Part shown: positions 47,122-51,696 of the stretch, piece after piece | Layout of the letters: each line of letters starts with the position of its first letter | Position numbering within the stretch: position 1 is the first letter of the stretch | DNA from: Acutalibacteraceae bacterium | GTDB taxonomy: Bacteria > Bacillota > Clostridia > Oscillospirales > Acutalibacteraceae | Reading direction: 5' to 3' | DNA: 51,696 nt | Assembly: GCA_051877275.1 (NCBI GenBank) | Contig: JBJEIS010000095.1 | Location: 1 to 51,696 of the forward strand | Notes under the pieces: generated by a model | What the model saw: the letters and a program-made list of their open reading frames with translations, nothing else | What the model was told of the DNA's origin: nothing | The model's database searches: none | Position numbers and translations under genes: made by a program

Positions 47122-48096
47122 TTAATTTTGATTGTTTATTTGCTCTCCTTTTATCAGCTCATACCGTATCAAGCTGTTGCCGTCAAGGTCTTCTTTATTC
47201 ATATCCACCGCCGTAATCTGATGATTGTCATAGCTTGTATAATAATAAATTCCTTTATCAGCATTACAGCAAGAAGTATAAATAGTAATTTCATACTTTC
47301 CGTCTGACACCTCACAACAGCCTCTTTGCTGATCGACAGAGCCTAAAATGTGAAAAAACTGACTTACACTTTCGCTTTCTGTACTGCCTGAAACCGAATT
47401 CATTTTTGTAAAAGCAACGCGGACAAAGCGGGATTGAGAAGACAAGTCGCCCGGAAGTCCCAATGCGCCCATACCTCTGCTGTATGCCTGAAGAGATAAT
47501 TTGTCGGAAAATAGATTTTTCGGTGATTTCGGTGATAAATTCATATAATTATTTAGCTGAAACATCTGCTCTTCAAACGGAGGGTTGTTTGTAAGAACTC
47601 CGACCGGATTCTCATAGATATGAATACCGTCTTTGACAGATTCAACAGTAACCGCATCATTGCAGTCTGCGATTATCCAATGCAACTGTGCCAAAGGCAG
47701 CTCTTCGCTGAAAGGCGTATCAACAAGATTCATTTTTTCTATTAATGCAATTGCTTCTTTTACTGTTGCGCATTGAGATAAAATCCAAGGAATAAATTCA
47801 AACTGCGCTATATTTTCTTTTCCTTGTTCAAGGCTTTTATAAAATGCATTTCCGACAAAATTCAGCCCTGCCATACCAAGACCTTTTTCATTTACCGCGT
47901 CATAATAAAGCGGATAATCCGCTGCATTGCAAGCCATTCCTATCATTGCATAATGGCTTTTAATTTCACCCATATGACGAAAATCAATCGCATAGTTTCG
48001 CGGTGTTATTGTCACTTCGTCTCCATAAGAAAATTCGTAATCTAAAGTTCTGCCGAAATAGAAATCTTTAGTTTTATAAGTTGCAGCCGTACACAT
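47122..48096 (-). CDS. Choloylglycine hydrolase family Ntn hydrolase (bile salt hydrolase-like)
   Basis: The N-terminal MCTAATYKTKDFYFGRTLD puts the nucleophile at Cys2. Length is 324 aa. Confidence 0.82.
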   Translation of the reverse strand: MCTAATYKTKDFYFGRTLDYEFSYGDEVTITPRNYAIDFRHMGEIKSHYAMIGMACNAADYPLYYDAVNEKGLGMAGLNFVGNAFYKSLEQGKENIAQFEFIPWILSQCATVKEAIALIEKMNLVDTPFSEELPLAQLHWIIADCNDAVTVESVKDGIHIYENPVGVLTNNPPFEEQMFQLNNYMNLSPKSPKNLFSDKLSLQAYSRGMGALGLPGDLSSQSRFVRVAFTKMNSVSGSTESESVSQFFHILGSVDQQRGCCEVSDGKYEITIYTSCCNADKGIYYYTSYDNHQITAVDMNKEDLDGNSLIRYELIKGEQINNQN

Positions 48097-48296
48097 AGAA
48101 TTACCTCCGAATTTGAAAATTATTTTATATATTGATTCAATATTTTAAAGCTTCTATTGGATTCTTTTATTTTTTACATAAAAGTCATAGCTATTCAATA
48201 ATATATGATACAACTTATAAAAACAAAATGCAACAAATTAACATATTTATTATATAAAAAACAAAAGCGGCCCACTATTGCGAACCGCCTTCATTT

Positions 48297-48373
48297 TGGT
48301 CGAGGTGACAGGACTTGAACCTGCGGCCTCTGCGTCCCGAACGCAGCGCTCTACCAAACTGAGCCACACCTCG
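48297..48373 (-). tRNA. tRNA-Pro (anticodon CGG), CCA encoded
   Basis: The minus strand folds as a 77-nt cloverleaf: acceptor CGAGGTG/CACCTCG, D arm GCTC/GAGC, anticodon arm CTGCG-TTCGGGA-CGCAG, T arm GCAGG-TTCAAGT-CCTGT. It has the C1-G72 pair and A73 typical of bacterial tRNA-Pro. Confidence 0.9.
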
Positions 48374-48431
48374 ATATTAAATTATTAATCAATGCTGAAT
48401 TGCTTTTAAAAACCTATCAAAACGCACCGCG

Positions 48432-48573
48432 ACGCAGCGCTCTTCCTGTTGCAAAATCTTCGCCTTTTGTCTTTCAGACAAAATTCTCGTGTTGCTGCCA
48501 CTCCTTATTGCTCCCTTTATCTGCCACAGGCAGCGGTCGCGAACGTCCCCAAACTGAGCCACACCTCGATATT
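48432..48573 (-). pseudogene. Truncated, interrupted copy of the tRNA-Pro 5' half
   Basis: A 25-nt block (48549-48573) is identical to 48354-48378. A 12-nt block (48432-48443) is identical to 48341-48352. The two blocks are separated by 105 nt here, against 1 nt in the real tRNA. The 3' half of the tRNA is absent. Confidence 0.7.
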
Positions 48574-48612
48574 GTATTGTCCCTTAAGCAAAAACTTTTA
48601 GCATACTTGAAT

Positions 48613-48641
48613 ATTATAACATCAACTTTCGGAATATTCAA
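48613..48641 (-). promoter_or_regulatory. Sigma-A promoter upstream of the tRNA-like leader and tRNA-Pro
   Basis: Minus strand reads TTGAAT (48641-48636), a 17-nt spacer, then TATAAT (48618-48613). It is enclosed by the perfect inverted repeat CTTGAATATT (48606-48615) / AATATTCAAG (48633-48642). Confidence 0.55.
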
Positions 48642-48722
48642 GAGATTTTTACAACTTTTTTTGCAAATTTTATTTGTCCCGAAAATTTATAAAAAATTTA
48701 AGATTTGTATTAAAAGTTTATG

Positions 48723-48752
48723 TTTACAAATACATATATTATGATGTATAAT
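48723..48752 (+). promoter_or_regulatory. Sigma-A type promoter of glgA
   Basis: TTTACA (48723-48728), an 18-nt spacer, then TATAAT (48747-48752). Confidence 0.5.
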
Positions 48753-48819
48753 AAAACTAATAAAAATAATGAAAGGACTTAAAGCGTGAATATCATACGC
48801 TTTGTAAAGGTAAACCAAT

Positions 48820-50241
48820 ATGAAAATACTTTTTGCTACCTCTGAAGCCTTCCCATTCGCAGTTTCAGGCGGGCTCGGCGATGTTGCCTATGCATTGCCT
48901 AAAGCTTTGAGAAAAATGAAAGTCGGCGTAAGAGTTGTTATGCCTCTTTACTCAAAAATTCCCGAACATTTCAGAAGAGAAATGCGGTTTATTACTTCTA
49001 TTACCGTGCCGGTAGCATGGCGCAGCCAGTACTGCGGTATCTTTGAAGCTGAGTATGACGGTGTGCAATATATTTTTCTTGATAATGAGTTTTATTTCAA
49101 AAGAAACGGTATGTACGGCGAATATGACGATGCTGAAAGATTTGCTTTTTTTGCAAGAGCTGTTTTGGAGTGTATTCCTGCCATAGGATTTAAACCTGAC
49201 GTTATCCATTGCAACGATTGGCAAACTGCGCTTACACCTGTTTATTATAAACTTATGTATTACAACCGTCCGGGGTTTGCGAATATCAAAACTCTTCTTA
49301 CTATTCATAACATTCAGTATCAGGGTCAGTACGGCATGGAAATTTTAGAAGATGTTCTCGGTATTCCTTCATGGGCTGCCCCTATCCTTGAAAATGCAAA
49401 AGATTCAAATATGCTCAAAGCAGGTATTGAATGTGCCGATAAGGTTTCAACCGTAAGCCCGACTTATGCTAATGAAATCCTTGACCCTTGGTATTCATAC
49501 AACCTTGACGGCATTTTAAGAAACAGACGCTACAAGCTTTCAGGCATTGTAAACGGTATTGATGTTGATGTTTATAATCCTGAAACCGATAAAGATATTC
49601 CGGCTCATTTCTCGGTAAATGATCTTTCCGGAAAAGCAAAGTGTAAAGAAGCTTTGCAAAAAGAGCTCGGACTTCCTGTTAAACCTGACACGCCTATGAT
49701 TGCAATGGTAACACGACTTGCAGGTCATAAAGGTCTTGAACTTCTCCGCTTTATTTTTGACGAGCTTATGAACCGCGATGTTCAATTTGTATTACTCGGA
49801 AGCGGTGAAGAGGAATATGAATCATTTTTCCATGTAAAATCAAACGCATACCGCGATAAATTTGCATTCAGATGCGGATTTATTCCTGCGCTTGCACACA
49901 GAATATACGCAGGTGCTGATATATTCCTTATGCCTTCAAAACAAGAGCCTTGCGGATTAGCACAGATGGTTTCGCTGCGTTACGGTACGGTTCCTGTTGT
50001 ACGCCAGACCGGCGGTCTTGCCGATACAATTCGCGATGCAGGCGATGACGGAGTAGGCTATACATTTAAAAGCTATAATGCTCACGATATGAGCGGTGCG
50101 ATTTACAGAGCGCTCGGCTGTTATTACAATAAAGAAGAGTGGAAAAAGCTTATGCAAAGAGGTATGCAAACCGACAACAGTTGGAGTAATTCTGCCGCAA
50201 AATATATTCAGCTTTACAACGACGCTATAAACTTGCGTTAA
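48820..50241 (+). CDS. glgA: Glycogen (starch) synthase, ADP-glucose type
   Basis: N-terminal block MKILFATSEAFPFAVSGGLGDV and a GT5/GT-B C-terminal block (PSKQEPCGLAQM). Length is 473 aa. Confidence 0.92.
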   Translation: MKILFATSEAFPFAVSGGLGDVAYALPKALRKMKVGVRVVMPLYSKIPEHFRREMRFITSITVPVAWRSQYCGIFEAEYDGVQYIFLDNEFYFKRNGMYGEYDDAERFAFFARAVLECIPAIGFKPDVIHCNDWQTALTPVYYKLMYYNRPGFANIKTLLTIHNIQYQGQYGMEILEDVLGIPSWAAPILENAKDSNMLKAGIECADKVSTVSPTYANEILDPWYSYNLDGILRNRRYKLSGIVNGIDVDVYNPETDKDIPAHFSVNDLSGKAKCKEALQKELGLPVKPDTPMIAMVTRLAGHKGLELLRFIFDELMNRDVQFVLLGSGEEEYESFFHVKSNAYRDKFAFRCGFIPALAHRIYAGADIFLMPSKQEPCGLAQMVSLRYGTVPVVRQTGGLADTIRDAGDDGVGYTFKSYNAHDMSGAIYRALGCYYNKEEWKKLMQRGMQTDNSWSNSAAKYIQLYNDAINLR

Positions 50242-50251
50242 AGGAGAGTTT

Positions 50252-51696
50252 ATGAAAGGTAAATCTATTGTTTCAACAATAATTAAGTTTTTGATAAGCT
50301 TAATTGTATTATTTATAATATTCTGGTTTGAGCTTCCGGCTTTAAATCTGCGTTCAAAAGAATTTTGGAGCTTTGTAGTTCAAGCAATTATCATTTTCAC
50401 TGTAATAAATGCATTTGGCACTATTATAAAACTTCTTCGCGGAATAAAGCTTAAAAACGGGGCTTTTATTGAAGATAAATACACAAGTGATAAAGTAACA
50501 TTAAAATCTTTTGGAAAACCTATTCTTACCGCCATTGCTTCAGTTGTTATTCTTATAGCAATCGGAGTTATAATGAATATTATCGGCGCTCAAATTTTTA
50601 ACGCCGGTAATTACAATAAGCTTGTAACACTTAAAGACGGTAATTTCACTTCAGACGTGGCTGAGCTTAAAATGGATCAGATTCCGGTAGTTGACCGCGA
50701 CAGTTCCAAAACTCTCGGAAAACGCAAACTCGGTGAAATGTCAGACTTTGTTTCGCAGTTTGAAATTGCCGATAATTATACACAGATTAATTACAAAGAC
50801 GAGCCTTGCCGTGTCACTCCTTTAATTTACGGTGATGTAATCAAATGGTTTAACAACCAGTCTGACGGTATACCGGCTTACATTCTTGTAAATGTTACAA
50901 CTCAGGAAACAAAAACTGTACGCCTTAAAGAGGGCATGAAATATTCTGAAGCTGATTATTTTATGCGTAATATTCACCGCTATTTAAGATTCAAATATCC
51001 TACTAAAATTTTTGATGATGTTTCATTTGAAATCGATGAAAACGGCACTCCTTACTGGGTTGCCTCAACGGTTGAATATAAAATCGGCTTTTGGTCCGGT
51101 CGCGATATAGGCGGTGCGGTGCTTGTAAATGCTATTACAGGCGAATCCGAATATTATGATGTTGACAAAATTCCTACTTGGGTTGACCAGGTTTATTCTT
51201 CGGATATGATTGTTGAACAGCTCGAATATAACGGAAAATACCGCAGTGGCTACTGGAATTCCGTTTTCGGTCAAAAAGGCGTTTTACAGCCTACCGAAGG
51301 CTATAATTATCTTGCTATCAATGATGATGTTTGGCTATATACAGGTATGACCTCGGTTGTATCGGATGAATCAAATGTCGGATTTGTACTTGTAAATCTG
51401 CGTACAAAAGAGGCAAAATATTATCAGGTACCGGGTGCTAAAGAGTATTCGGCTATGAGTTCTGCAGAGGGTGCGGTTCAGGAGAAAAAGTATAACGCAA
51501 CATTTCCGCTTTTGTTGAATGTTGCAGACCGTCCTACTTACTTTATGTCTTTAAAAGATGACGCAGGACTGGTTAAAATGTATGCATTTGTTGATGTTCA
51601 GGCTTATCAGGTGCTTGGTACAGGAACTAATGTTGACGCTGCAAGAGAAAACTATATTGCTAATTTAAAACGCGAAAACATAAAGGTTGATGAATC
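50252..51696 (+). CDS. Conserved-looking membrane protein of unknown function, 3' end outside the window (not in the ORF track)
   Basis: My own translation from the ATG at 50252, 5 nt after AGGAGAG, stays open for 481 codons to the window end. It gives three N-terminal hydrophobic helices (IIKFLISLIVLFIIFWF, FVVQAIIIFTVINAF, ILTAIASVVILIAIGVIMNII) followed by a soluble domain. Confidence 0.75.
   Translation, partial: MKGKSIVSTIIKFLISLIVLFIIFWFELPALNLRSKEFWSFVVQAIIIFTVINAFGTIIKLLRGIKLKNGAFIEDKYTSDKVTLKSFGKPILTAIASVVILIAIGVIMNIIGAQIFNAGNYNKLVTLKDGNFTSDVAELKMDQIPVVDRDSSKTLGKRKLGEMSDFVSQFEIADNYTQINYKDEPCRVTPLIYGDVIKWFNNQSDGIPAYILVNVTTQETKTVRLKEGMKYSEADYFMRNIHRYLRFKYPTKIFDDVSFEIDENGTPYWVASTVEYKIGFWSGRDIGGAVLVNAITGESEYYDVDKIPTWVDQVYSSDMIVEQLEYNGKYRSGYWNSVFGQKGVLQPTEGYNYLAINDDVWLYTGMTSVVSDESNVGFVLVNLRTKEAKYYQVPGAKEYSAMSSAEGAVQEKKYNATFPLLLNVADRPTYFMSLKDDAGLVKMYAFVDVQAYQVLGTGTNVDAARENYIANLKRENIKVDE

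Noticed and set aside
48400-48744. A 114-aa plus-strand ORF across the tRNA-like leader. Separately, a 31-aa minus-strand reading frame sits inside the 105-nt insert, starting at a GTG downstream of AAGGGAG.
   Set aside because: The plus-strand ORF is antisense to the tRNA-derived repeats and runs through two promoters. The small basic Cys-containing peptide has only a weak GTG start and no supporting evidence. I keep it in mind only as part of the leader finding.
1-51696. A search by eye for CRISPR repeats, IS or transposon ends, integrases, phage modules, restriction-modification, toxin-antitoxin pairs or known defence-system genes.
   Set aside because: None were found. Every ORF of credible length is accounted for by a housekeeping, envelope, transport or sporulation function, or by a single hypothetical protein, and there is no clustered accessory island.

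Overview
This is a visibly AT-rich 51.7-kb chromosomal stretch. It reads like core genome of a low-GC, endospore-forming, Clostridia-type gut anaerobe. Pointers to that lineage are dipicolinate synthase dpaAB, a CotH-like gene, an SPxTG sorting signal and a bile-salt-hydrolase-type Ntn hydrolase; the lineage call is inference. I can support 42 protein-coding genes. One of them (50252-51696) is missing from the ORF track because it runs off the window. RNA and regulatory elements I can support are one tRNA-Pro(CGG), an SRP RNA just upstream of dnaX, a TPP riboswitch in front of thiT, a T-box leader in front of cysE, a BirA operator, a palindromic operator at the feoA promoter, and several near-consensus promoters and intrinsic terminators. 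Gene content is mostly housekeeping: murC, metY, birA-bioY, rimM-trmD, ftsH, tilS, dnaB, rplI, gdpP, dnaX, cysE/cysS, pgsA, rimO, recA-recX, prmC, a Wal-like two-component system, mreB, feoAB and glgA. Envelope and spore genes are interspersed: a GH25 muramidase, a VanW protein, a CotH-like protein and a 963-aa sorted surface protein. I see no CRISPR array, transposase, integrase, phage genes, restriction-modification, toxin-antitoxin or other recognisable defence genes. I do not see a convincing self-contained novel multi-gene system. The most unusual items are these: (1) an interrupted second copy of the tRNA-Pro 5' half, with a structured 105-nt insert and its own caged consensus promoter, directly upstream of the intact tRNA; (2) a cytoplasmic GH28-like beta-helix gene wedged between cysE and cysS inside a T-box-controlled operon; (3) an orphan 963-aa SPxTG-anchored protein with no domains I can name; (4) a lipoprotein-walR-walK arrangement next to mreB; (5) a perfect 11-bp-arm palindrome over the feoA promoter. 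All functional calls come from motif recognition by eye, and no database search was run.
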